A DNA stretch of 58,155 nt, the filler included, from Sphacelaria rigidula (lineage: Eukaryota): assembly GCA_964200075.2 (NCBI GenBank). It is 4 parts of 4 records of this genome, joined end to end, with 100 filler letters (N's around TTAATTAATTAA, not from the genome) between each part and the next. Parts side by side here need not be neighbours in the genome. Positions count along the whole stretch, not along the records: positions 1 to 14,468 come from CAXNAA020002228.1; positions 14,569 to 29,032 come from CAXNAA020002229.1; 2 more parts are not named here. One strand, written 5' to 3'. This document shows positions 12,577 to 23,700 of this stretch, piece after piece. Position numbers and translations under genes: made by a program. The notes beneath the pieces were generated by a model. That model saw only the letters and a list, made by a program, of their open reading frames with translations, was not told the DNA's origin and ran no database searches. How positions within the stretch are numbered: the first letter of the stretch is position 1; each line of letters begins with the position of its first letter.

Positions 12577-12746
12577 CACACCTTGGACAACATATGGTCA
12601 ATAGCTGCAATAGACAACAATCGTACCGCATGAAGTATAGGCCTATTGCGACTGTTGTCGGCCGGCAATAGTAGCAATAGGCCTATACTTCATGCCGTAC
12701 ACTTCTCGTCTATTGCATCTATGGACCATATATTGTCCAGGGTGTG
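12577..12746. mobile_element. Palindromic hAT-type MITE (170 bp)
   Basis: Near-complete foldback cacaccttggacaa...catgaagtataggcctattgc / gcaataggcctatacttcatg...ttgtccagggtgtg; 8-bp flanks caagagtt / caagaatt. Confidence 0.8.
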
Positions 12747-13461
12747 CAAGAATTAATCCTCAAGAGAAAGCAACAGCCTATAGGATGGACACTGTCAAGG
12801 TGAAGAGAGTGAAATGTCCCCTGCACCATCACCCCGATCACGGTCACCCCTGAAAAGCCTCTCGCTAAGATGCCGTAGACTCATAAAGGGGGGTGGGTGA
12901 TGCGGACAATCCCCGGCGAAAGCAAAACGACGTTTTTCACGGCGTCTGTACAGGGCTAGACACACGTCTATCACTTGTCAGCAAATCGACGTCGCCAACG
13001 AGAACACTGCGCTCCCGCGGGAGGCTGTCTCCCCGTGGGGGGTATGTCCATGCCATGATTATCGAGTCTAAGCTCGTGGATGTGACGTGGAGTCCATACA
13101 GGCTACAACGGATAGCGTGCGCGATATCATTCGGATCCCAGGTTAGCGAGAAAGTTGCCTTGTCCTGGAAGAAAGTACACCCTGTTAAGGGGGACCCAGG
13201 TTGCGGAACCCCAATAAGAGCAGGGACGTGCTGTCCTCACTCAATCGATTCTAGAATTCAAACGGGGTTGGGCTATGTCCGACCATTGGTTTTTATCCAT
13301 TACACTAAAATCCTTGGTACGAGGGTCGCATGGAAATAAGTATAGTGAGTCGTGATCGCTATCTCATTTTGAGACCATCGCGATGCAGCTTCCTACACAG
13401 CAAGGATTATCTACCGGTTGCACATGCGTCTCTGTTCGTAGCCCAGTAGTACGTGAAAAAC

Positions 13462-13978
13462 TTCAAGGTTATGTTCTGTAGGGTACGGTTATGTTCTGTA
13501 GAGTATGCGATTACTCACAGAACTTACAGAAATATCGGGTACCGGTATGAAAGTCTTACAGAAATTATTGAACTTGTTGCGCACGGTACGGGAGACTTAC
13601 AGAAAACCGTACCGGCAATCGGGTGTTTCTTTAAGGGCATACCCGCGCTCCAGGTACGGGCATGCATAATGTGCAGAACTAACAGAACTGCCGGGCAAGG
13701 GTACGGGAGGCGTACAAAACTAGCAGAAACTGTCGGGCAGGGTATGAATGCACGGAAAATGGGACCCGCAACCGGGTATCTTATCAAGAGCATACCCGTG
13801 CCCCCGGTGACGGAACGGGAGACCTACAAAACCCACAGAACTATCGGGTAAGAGTATGAAAATCTTGCAGACTCTACGTAGCTGTCGGGTACCGGTATGA
13901 AAGTGTCGGGTACGGTAAGTACCCGGAAAAATACCCGGGATATGCAGAAAACCGTACCCTATAGAACTCAACCTTGAA
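13462..13978. mobile_element. MITE / non-autonomous DNA transposon (517 bp)
   Basis: 29-bp TIR ttcaaggttatgttctgtagggtacggtt vs reverse complement of aaccgtaccctatagaactcaaccttgaa (3 mismatches); internal repeats of cgggtaccggtatgaaagt and acttacagaa. Confidence 0.75.
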
Positions 13979-14251
13979 TGATTTTCTACACGTTTCGCTT
14001 GCACATCCTACATTATTTATTAGAAGTATCTAGATGCTTCCCCTCCAGTCTGGTTTCCTCTTCGTTTCCATGCCTGAAAAGCAAAAATTATCCGTTTAGT
14101 ATTTTCGCAAATACTGTACTCAAAACTGTAGTGACGACATCGAGCCATGAGCTCGACTTCTCATACAATCTTCACGTGCGTTCTGTTGTCGAAATTTCCC
14201 CTGTCGCATGAGTTTCTTCAGTACCTGTCGAGGACCACCGGAACGTGACGA

Positions 14252-14283
<32 letters not shown>

Positions 14284-14468
14284 CGTTGCGTAGTACAGTA
14301 CACTCGCTGCTGCTTTCCTCCGAACAGCTGTGGTAGTCGTTTATGAGGGTGTCTGGGGTTGTTTCTGTTTTTTTTGTTTCTGAGCTGAACCCCTAACATG
14401 ATGGCCATACTACTCTCCTTGTGTCACCTGTCTTTTCCTGGTTCTTGTCCTTTATTAAATTTTCTCTT

Positions 14469-14568
14469 NNNNNNNNNNNNNNNNNNNNNNNNNNNNNNNN
14501 NNNNNNNNNNNNTTAATTAATTAANNNNNNNNNNNNNNNNNNNNNNNNNNNNNNNNNNNNNNNNNNNN
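14469..14568. other. Artificial 100-nt contig spacer
   Basis: 44 N + TTAATTAATTAA (stops in all six frames) + 44 N. Confidence 0.99.
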
Positions 14569-14853
14569 ACATCAGGCGCTGTAGGGGCATTTTTTCGTAA
14601 CACTTTTTGGCTGGTTTTAGGAGGGGGCTATCGTAGAAAGTGTCATCACCGAGTTGCCTGCTAGGGACCCCAGTGCACACACTCTGGAAATGAGTGGGGG
14701 AGGCAACGAGTGAGGGAGATGAGTAACTCCGGGTGGATACGTGTGGCAACATTAGACCGATACCGTGAGCGCGAACAATTGTACAGCGCTGGCAAGGGGA
14801 GTCGCCCTCCTCGGAGTGAAAGTGACGGGGATTGAACCCCCACGACTAACTTT

Positions 14854-14954
14854 TGTGACGATTAATAGACAACCGATTAGACTACCGTACAGTCAGCGCG
14901 CGCGCGGCGCGCTGACTGTACGGTAGTCTAATCGTTTGCCTATTAATCGTCACA
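14854..14954. repeat. 101-bp near-perfect hairpin
   Basis: tgtgacgattaatagacaaccgattagactaccgtacagtcagcgcg, short GC loop, cgcgctgactgtacggtagtctaatcgtttgcctattaatcgtcaca (2 mismatches in a ~47-bp stem). Confidence 0.85.
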
Positions 14955-15931
14955 GGTAGAACTCCGCAGCTGCAGGATTCAGCCTGGACGTTGATACCGT
15001 CGGCATGACCCACTACCTAGAGTGTATGTTGCGTTACCACTGACACGACATGCAGACAAGCCAGTAGATCAACTTACCCTTCCTCACTTACTGGTTGTGT
15101 TGTCGACGGGGTTGGCCTACCCCAACACAACCAACCCCAGACAGGTGGCGGTCGAGGAGGGGGAGGGGTAGAGATTGGCAAACAGAAATGTCCGCTATAA
15201 CATCCAAAACACCATCTCCCCCCTCCTTTTTTTTTGAGGCTAAAGCAGGGTGACAGCTACCATGCTGTTATGGGAGCACGACGCAGCACATGTTGTATAA
15301 CGGATTGGGCACCATGTCGCGAATCGGTGGTAAAGACCTAGAGGTAAAGGGTGCCAGTCTGTGGGCACCTGAGCACTGTCGAACTCATACACATTCGAAT
15401 ACCAACGATTCGAACCGAATTCGCGGTACGCACATCATACTCAGCAGCGAAGAGGCTGCGGGTTGTCACGCAGGTGGTCAATGAAGAGTAGTCCACCTCC
15501 AGTACACGTACGTGCAGCTTCATGATGATCTACAAGTGGAACAATCTGCTGTAGGCGTTTTCTATTGGTTGACGTACTTGCGAGTCTGATCGGCAGACTA
15601 TGTGGATTTGAACATCACATGCTTCACGCATGTGGTTACTTCCGATAACAAAGGCTATGTGTTTATGAATAACAACTGTCTTGAAGTCTTTAGGCCCTAG
15701 TGAAGGAGGAAGCCTTGGAGCAATCTTGTGACCTTGTTCTGAGTCCAGGAGGGCTCTATAATAAACATTTATTAAGAGGAACGCGCTGGTTTCTGGAAGA
15801 GGTTTTTCAGTTGTGGGCAGCTGCAGAGAAAGTATATCAGACTTTGTACACAGGAGTGTGCACTCTGTAAAGTGAGGGAGCTCGCTGACAAGGAGAGATG
15901 GCTAGGTTGGCTGGAACTGTTGCGTGCAGCT

Positions 15932-17270
15932 ATGGCAAGGCGCAAGATAGTGGGTGATGGCGATGCAGGCGAAGAGGTGAAGTTTAAGTTTACTGAGCTT
16001 ATGCCTGCAGGATCGCTGAAAGCCCCAGAGTACGGACGGCATTTCAGCGAAAATGCGTCCCGACGTTTTTATCAGAAATACGTCGAGTATGAAGAGGCGG
16101 TCAAAATGAGCAACAAAGGACGTAGTATGCAGGCCGTCTTACTGACTGTTACTGAACTGGTGCCGAAACACATCCGTGCGTGTTTGTCACGCACGATTTT
16201 TGACGGATCTGTGCTTGACGAAGATGATCTCAAGGAGGCACTAGGCCGACACGCAAAATGTTGGGAGGGTGAAGAGATTGATCCTTCAGTTGCTGCTGCT
16301 GGTGTGCGGAAAGCGTTGGCGGCCCGCAACGAGCAAACTGCCATGGGAAGAGTAAAAGGGCAGTGCCCTGGAGGAATTGTTTGCGGAGAATGCTTGCGCT
16401 GAGCGTGCGTTCCGCGATGGTGCAGATTTCAAACCAGGACCCGCTCAAAGCATCACTCGGGAAATGTTGAATGGACCGACCCCCCCCCCCGACTTCAAAA
16501 TTAAAGTCCTCAACATGTTGAACATGAGGGGGGGGTGGAAGAAGGACCCTGGGCTTGTGTTTAACACGGCTCGGGAAGCAGCGAAGGCATTTAAGACGGT
16601 GGAAGCGGCAGATAAGCAGCGCCGTCAGCAGCCGCAGCTGAAACAAAGGAGTGGCAGCGGGACTTCCGGAAGCAAGCGGCAACCAAATCGTGAAAAAACG
16701 GCGAGCAGTGGAAATGGGACTGCTAGTTCCGGGAAAACCCGGAAACCAGGCCAAACTATGCAGGATGTTTCATATGTGGAGACAAGGGCCATTTCCGGAA
16801 GGATTGCAACCAGAAAGGCCAGGCTGGTGCTACACAACGTAGTGACGGTGGGCAGACGAAGGCTGGCGACAAGCAGCAGTAACAACAGCAGCTGTCGCAG
16901 GGCCCTGGACAGGTACCTCGCGGAGGGGGGACGAGTCCCACCCCTACAAGGGCTGTCTTTTCAGCTGATGGACAAAGTGCTCCCAGCGGGGGGGCGACGT
17001 TGCCACCAGAACCGGTCGCTTCTACTGGTGGCGTGCAGCAGACCATGTCATCGCACTCGTTCCCGGGTTCGAAATCTGAGGCGGTGCCAGCAGGGAGATC
17101 GCTCAAAGCGGGTGAGGTGTCAGGTTTTCAATCTGAGGGTCTGCAAGTAGATGACAAGGAAAGGTGGTGTCTTGCCGACTTATCTGTCCCGAGTGCAGGG
17201 GAAAAGGGTGTTTGTCCGGTCAAGGCCATTTTAGACTCGGGATCTGGAATTACGACCATGTCAGCTGGTG
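15932..17270 (+). mobile_element. Truncated LTR-retrotransposon gag-protease relic (Ty3/Gypsy-like), frameshifted
   Basis: Gag-like ORF pieces 15872-16402 and 16377-~16745; CCHC zinc knuckle CFICGDKGHFRKDC at 16766-16807 (not in the ORF track); in-frame stop near 16880; aspartic protease motif VKAILDSGSGITTM (Asp at 17234). No RT follows, so the Gypsy assignment rests on protease context only. Confidence 0.8.
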
Positions 17271-17489
17271 CGGCGGTAGGGCAGCATCCGCTACTTGAGA
17301 GTCAGGCTTACTTTAGACGAAGACCAGCGACACCTCTGAGAAGTAGTCCCATACATGGTGTAAAGGCTTGTTGCCTTATCAGCGAACAGGCTAGTTGCTG
17401 CTGTGCTAGTTGAGATGCTAGTCCAGAACCGGATACCAGGCATGACAAATTATGACACATGGAACCTAGTGGACTGAAAAATGACCAAT

Positions 17490-17740
17490 AAATCCATACA
17501 TTTTGTTCATATATGAACCATCAGCTGCTCATTGTACCGGAGAGCAGGATCACAGCCTCATCCCCACTGAAAACCAACCTCATGTACCATGGAGATGAAA
17601 CCCTCACAGAATTAATCGATCAGACCTGCAGACCCGCGATCGATCAACCAGCTGTAAACGCCTACTACGCATTGTTCCGCCTACATGCCCCTAACCTAGG
17701 GCTGAATCCAAGTGGAATTACGGTGGCTAGAGTCTACAGA
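17490..17740 (+). mobile_element. Highly decayed Copia-like RT fragment, inverted homolog of 18540-18790
   Basis: gatcaaccagctgtaaacgcctactac...ggtggctagagtctaca matches the reverse complement of 18545-18660; tatgaaccatcagctgctcattgtaccggagag matches the reverse complement of ~18740-18775. Confidence 0.45.
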
Positions 17741-18049
17741 TATCACGGACGGTACGGAATCCAAGTGGGAACATAATATCCGAGTATTTCCTGGGGTACA
17801 CTCGATAACTCGAGGTAGCCAAATAGATGATAGACATCACTACGGGTGGCCAATGATGACGGAGGTCGCGGTCCGTCTACCGCTGTTAAATTGGAATGTG
17901 GCTTGAATAGTGTTTCGAGGCACGGTTCTTCTTTCGTCATCTCCTAACTTGATTTGATTGGCGAGATAAAGCTTTGCAGCTTTCACGAAGCTGTGCGATA
18001 CATACGTTTGTTTTCACGGTGTTGAAGAAGCAAGACGGTAGCGGCTCTT

Positions 18050-20020
18050 GAGAAGTGTTGAATCCTTATTTCATTCTAGTTTGAGGATGGTTGATCGTTT
18101 GGCTGTTGCACTCCGTTGCGCAGCTGATGAATGACGAAATTGTATTTTGAATGTTGGAAAGTAGGTACATTGTCTCGAATGAGAGACAAATAGTCATGAA
18201 TGATGTGGAATTTGACGTTTCTCAGCGTTTGAGGATTTCTTCACCGGTGTGAAGTCAAGAGACTTGCTTCGGGCAACGAATTGAGAATTTGTCGTCAGCT
18301 ATCGCTCTTTGACCCGGAGTGATGTAAGTCTTGGGACCACCGCAGCATTGTGTATTCATGGTTAACGTTCTGGATCTCTTGGAAGTTGTTCGGAATTGGA
18401 TAAGCTCGTATGGAGGTGTTGTCCAATACACGGACAGGAATTGTCATTCTTCGGGGAAAACGACGGTAGTACTAGGTAACGATGATGTGTGAGTTTCTTG
18501 AGCTCTATTCTGACTGCTTGTTGGTAGTAAGCGACCTTGGGGGTGCTGTAGACTCTTGCCACCATTGTTACCACCCTGGTATAAGGTGCACGAGTGCAGT
18601 CTGGGAAATGTGTAGTAGGCGTGCTTACGGCTGGTTGATGGATCACGCGTCTGCGAGTATGATCGGTGGACTCCGTAAGTATTTCACCTCGACTGTTTGA
18701 AGCTGTTCACTCACTCGATGGGAGAGAACTGGGCATGCTTCTCTCCAGTATAATGAAGAGCCAAGGTTCATGTACGAATAACTACAGTTGGCGAAATCTA
18801 GGCGCCCAGAATAGGAGGAGTACACCTAGCTGTCTGGTCTTGAGTGCAAAACTCAACAGAGGCAAGGCGCTTGGGCTCAATACCCAGTAGGTTATTCGTC
18901 AGTTGATGTAGGAGCCAATGCACGTGGGCCCAATACCCAGTAGGGTAGGCGTCAGTATTTGTCGAAGAGTTGTCCCTCACCATCGACTTCGCTTCCACAG
19001 CTGCTCAGCGTCGTTTGAGTCTTGCAGTCACCTGGAAGGATCATTGATCTTTTCAGAAGCTCTAAGCGCGGCCGTTTTCGTTTTGGGAAACGGTTGTTCA
19101 CCAATTTTCTGGGTTCCCGGGAAGACATGTGTGACGCGATCGGCCGTGTGTGTCCGAAAGGTCGTGAGAGAATTCCTCTCAACGGTGAGGTTTCCCCGGC
19201 TTATCAGGGTTTTCACGTTCATTAAACTTGTGGAGAGTTTTTCCCTGGGCCGCAACTGTGCAGTTTTTTTCGTATAATCTTCAGGCGGATATAGAAGCTA
19301 AAATATATTTTTCGGTCCCTTCCAGCCTTTATTTGTTTCTTGTCAGCCCAATGACAGTGAGGCTCACGGGCTGTTACGTGCTAACAGGCATTACGTGATC
19401 TTATACGGGCATTCAATTTCCGGTCTGCATTAGAATTCAGTGTAGAGCTCAAATTTCAGAGCGGTGGGGTGTTCAAATTTGAGCGATCAGGGTTAGAAGT
19501 ATCAACTTTCTCCAGGCATTTTTAAAAGAGAGATGGGTACCTCCTGAAGACGACGGGCTTGTCCCAAGGAAGGGAATGATTGAGATATGATGGAAAAAAT
19601 AAATGCCACTAATTTCCCTTTTCCTCATGCACGGCCGTTTCTCTCGTGTTACTCAGATCTTCACTTCTTGAGTATTGAAGAACACATGAAGCAGATAATA
19701 CAACAGGTGGGCAATCAAAGTGAACTTCACAGCACGAGTCCCTCCTCAAGTCACATGAGTTCAGTTTCTAGTTTTGCTTCACTGTGGAGCCAAGTCCAAA
19801 GAGTATCACATAGTACGATAGCTGAGAAAGATTTGAAATCAACGCAATTTTTATCGTCTCCTACATCCATCATCGACAACTCTTCGTTCTTGGATTTTGT
19901 CCAGGCTCGTTGCCAATTCGAGTTATAGTTTTTGCCTTCAAAGTAAGACCAAGCCTGATCCCCTCTTTTGGGGTGGACTTGTTTTTTCGGCATAGGGTAC
20001 GACACTAGTGCTCTTTCCAC
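18050..20020 (-). mobile_element. Highly decayed Ty1/Copia pol (RT-RNase H) relic
   Basis: Broken-frame peptides in Copia order: LLGIEPKR (cf. FLGIEI), CTRAPYTRVVTMVARVYSTPKVAYYQQAVRI (cf. TRPDIAFAVSxVARFxxNPxxxHxxAVKRI), RNVKFHIIHDY (cf. KHIDVKYHFIRD). Extension to ~20020 is tentative. Confidence 0.5.
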
Positions 20021-20780
20021 GTCGTGAGGAGATCGCCGGGGGCAGTATATCGGAACACGGAAGAAACATAGTTTCCCCTGACGTAATCATGTCTCATCTC
20101 CCATTGGGGACTGACAAGAGTCGGGAAGCCTAAAACAGGCAATTAGACATTTACTCTCGTCGGCTATTTGGTGAATTTACGTTTACATCGTGTCTGGCGT
20201 GTGGTCTCTCTCATCTTGAGTTAGAATTTGAATACTGGCGTCGGATACAACGTGATACAACCAAGAATGTGCGACCCATTGAAAGGTGAACAAATACTTC
20301 GCACCCAGTCTTGAAATGATAGGCTTGACATATTACATTTAGGTATAGTGGGATGCTTGTGCGGCAATGATAGCTGGCGAGGGCGAGCGCTGGCTACACT
20401 GACCAACTGCTGTTCATCTGCTCGTGAGTTCATGCTCGACTCCACCACAAACACGAGAGCGTTAACCAAAGCGACCCCTTCCTGATGGCGTACCAGTCAT
20501 TCCCTGCCAGAAGATGCCACAATAGGTACACCCGGATAAAGCCTCCAAAACTTATGGGTCTACTTCGAAGGATGTCATCTTCTTGCCGCACTTCCCTTCC
20601 ACATGCGTTCGCCACTCTCATCTGCCTAAATCTCCGTGTGAGATTCCGAGTACAGTGGCATAAAAGCGGGGAGAAAACGAGAGCGACCTGCCAAAAGTAC
20701 TCGCCGTTGCCTTCCGTCTGGTGGTGCCGGATGAAAGCGTGCACCAGCCTCTGTTCAGTTCCCTATCCAAGTCAGATAAG

Positions 20781-23700
20781 CTACTTCTCTGGGTACGCAC
20801 TGGTCTCTCCCTCGTAGATGCGCCCGCCACCCGGGCGATATTTCCAATTGCACATGCGCAGCTGACGTTCGCCCAGCTTGTTGATGGCAACCATGTCTTC
20901 CTTCGACAGGTCGAAGTCAAACACGTCCTGAAAGATTAGAGGCAAACAAGAGCACAGGTTCAGTGATTCAGCGAGTGCGTGTGACCACCAATCCGAATCT
21001 GGAATCGCGCACCGCTTCACTATACATATGTCAACATATTTCTGGTAGGAACGCGGATTGTGCCCTGACTTTTTTTCTTCAGGTATCATGCTTTTCTCGC
21101 GTTGATACTTGTACTCCGCCATGACTACAGGCTCTGCATGTTTCAGCTCCATCGGATTTTTCCTTGGGCTCATCACTTTCGGGTGGATGGGTACGCCATG
21201 CATGTTTCGTGTACTTCTCGTATGGACGTCGTGTTTCGGGCATATGCTGCAGATCACTTTTTGGGGCGAACGAAGAGGCATTTCTGCCACTGCTGCTGCT
21301 GTGCTTGTACATGTTCGTCTGTCATCACGCATGGTTTGCACTGTGGCCACAATGGGCAACGCTTTCGAGTTTTATACCGTAGCGTACACAGACGGAGAGG
21401 CAGAGGCGGCGATGCATGAAAAAGATTAGGATGATCATACAATACCATATGTTCCATACTCTCGTATGTAGATCCCACGCGATAATCAGGGTTCCCTGCA
21501 ACAAAAGCAACCCGTATGAATATCGACTTTCGCGACTCATAGATCAAGCTAGTAACTTTATTTAATCACGTGCCTTGTTCGCCAAAATCCTTGACGGGGT
21601 CACTGACTTGGGGATAACAGTCACGCCACGTTGCAGGTGCCAGCGAATTATCACCTGCCAAGGCAAAAAAAAGGCAGTGGCTGTAGCTGATCAGCGGGGA
21701 GGAGAGAGGGCTCATGACGACAGTAAATATGAAGATACTTCCCATCGTGTCATTCATCTATCTATCGACTGCAAGCGTTTCCTGCGGTTAGTCACAGCAA
21801 TCTAGTCCAGAGCTTCTTTGTCGTCCCGTTTGGGTAGGTGCAAAGCACCCCCAAGTCTCCTCTGGTGCTCGTCACTCGCTGACCTGAGCTGGGCTTTTCC
21901 CTTGGCGCTCTGCGATTTGGGCAATGACGGGGTCCTCGAGAGCTGACGCAAAGTCGGGGTTGACGTTACCGAGAGGAGCGTAGGCAGTGACATGGATCCC
22001 CTTGCCATTGCACCACTGCAGCAAGTCCTCGTTGTTCAAATAGGGATGCATCTGTAGAGTTACGGTCACACACAGGGCAAACATCCGTGCGACAAGGAGA
22101 GTCTTGGCCAAACCAGGTGCAGGGAAATATGTAGCAATATTATTTCTCATGAAAAGGAAAAGCAGATAGATACCTAAATGCACGTAGCTGGACCATCGGT
22201 CGGTTTTTACACAGGATCTCATACGAGGTATGTCACTTTCTCCATCGCACTCACCTCCACTTGCAGCACCGATGGCATGATCCTAGCGTCCTCCATTATG
22301 TGTGCCAACTCCTCCTGCAACACAGCAAAATATCAACATAGCAACATAGCAACGTAATATAGGTGTATACCCCGGTAAGGTTCACGCAAACAGAGGTTGA
22401 GGTACACACTATTCGAAGCCACGGCAACGAAAAACATTGAGACGAAGACTGACGAGAAGTACACAACAACCTAGTACTAGGTTCGTCAGAGGTCGACGTG
22501 CGTCGTATGGGCTCTTGAGCTTCTGCCCGGGTGTGGCATTTGGTAGATGAGAAGGGAAGTCAGGCAGCAGCGTGAATCCGTGAATCCTTGAGTGAATCGT
22601 AGCAGCGGTCAACACTTTTTGGTACAAAATGCCGAAACACGCAAGCATAGCTGACGTCCGCCCTGGATAAAGTAGTGAATAGATACACTTACCGTGACAA
22701 TCATTCCGTCTCTGCATCTACCTTGGCCGAACGTGCAATTATTAACTAGCACTACCTTATATATTACATCGTCGTATTTCGCCGGCCGTATTCTGCCGTA
22801 TTGAAACCTTACCCGCCATAATTTCAGTCGTAGCATGTGCGATGCGGGAAAGAAAAGGTGAGCACACAGCACGTCACACGCTGCTCTGTAATATCAACAC
22901 GCTTGCTGCGAGCAGCAGAGGGCTGCTACGAAGACACGGGCTTGTCCGATTGCCGACCCATGGACGTACCTTGGTGAAGTTGGACACACCAATAGATTTT
23001 GCTAAACCGCCATCCACGAAAGATTCCATCTGCCAGGGTACACGGCAGACGACATGACAGGACAAATTCACCTCATGCTTTCGCACATGCAGAAACGCCA
23101 TATCGTGTCATCGGGTGTAAACTGTTCCAGATTTTTCAAGGGAAATAGTTCAAGTAACATAATCACCCCGGCTCCGTTGCGTTTACAGTAAAACCGATAA
23201 GAAACAACAGCGACGGCGATCCGACGCGATATTCGCACGCGAAAGCACCGCGGTCGACGTAGCAAGTAGCTGCGCTCCTAGGCAGGTCGACCAAGGCATA
23301 CAGCGGCATACAGCGGTCCTTATATCCAAAGTTGAATGCCCTCATCCAGGGAAAACAATGGCCCGACACGCATTTTATGCATACTACTGTCAAGTATACT
23401 TTTCTGTGAACAACGCGGTTGGAAGTCTGCTATATTCGGGGGCGGGACAAAACCTAGTGAACGGTACTTACCGCCTTCCATGTCTCCTTGAGCGTGACTT
23501 GGTCATCCAAGTGAGCATCACCGTTTTCGTGACGAGGGACCAGGGTCCTGTTGCGTTGCCGTTGGGACCACAACATGGATCGAGCTGCAGTTTGGCAGTT
23601 TGAACGAATGATCTCCGGGGAAACTCGTGGATCAAAGCACATATACGCCAACACTAAGAGAACACTGAGATGCAGTGGCCCTGGATGGCGAGAAACACCC

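Noticed and set aside
14513..14524. TTAATTAATTAA motif and ORFs ending in LIN or running through X
   Set aside because: Artificial linker.
20928..21359. N-terminal 143 aa of ORF 20781-21359
   Set aside because: Read-through of intron sequence; only 20781-20927 is AKR.
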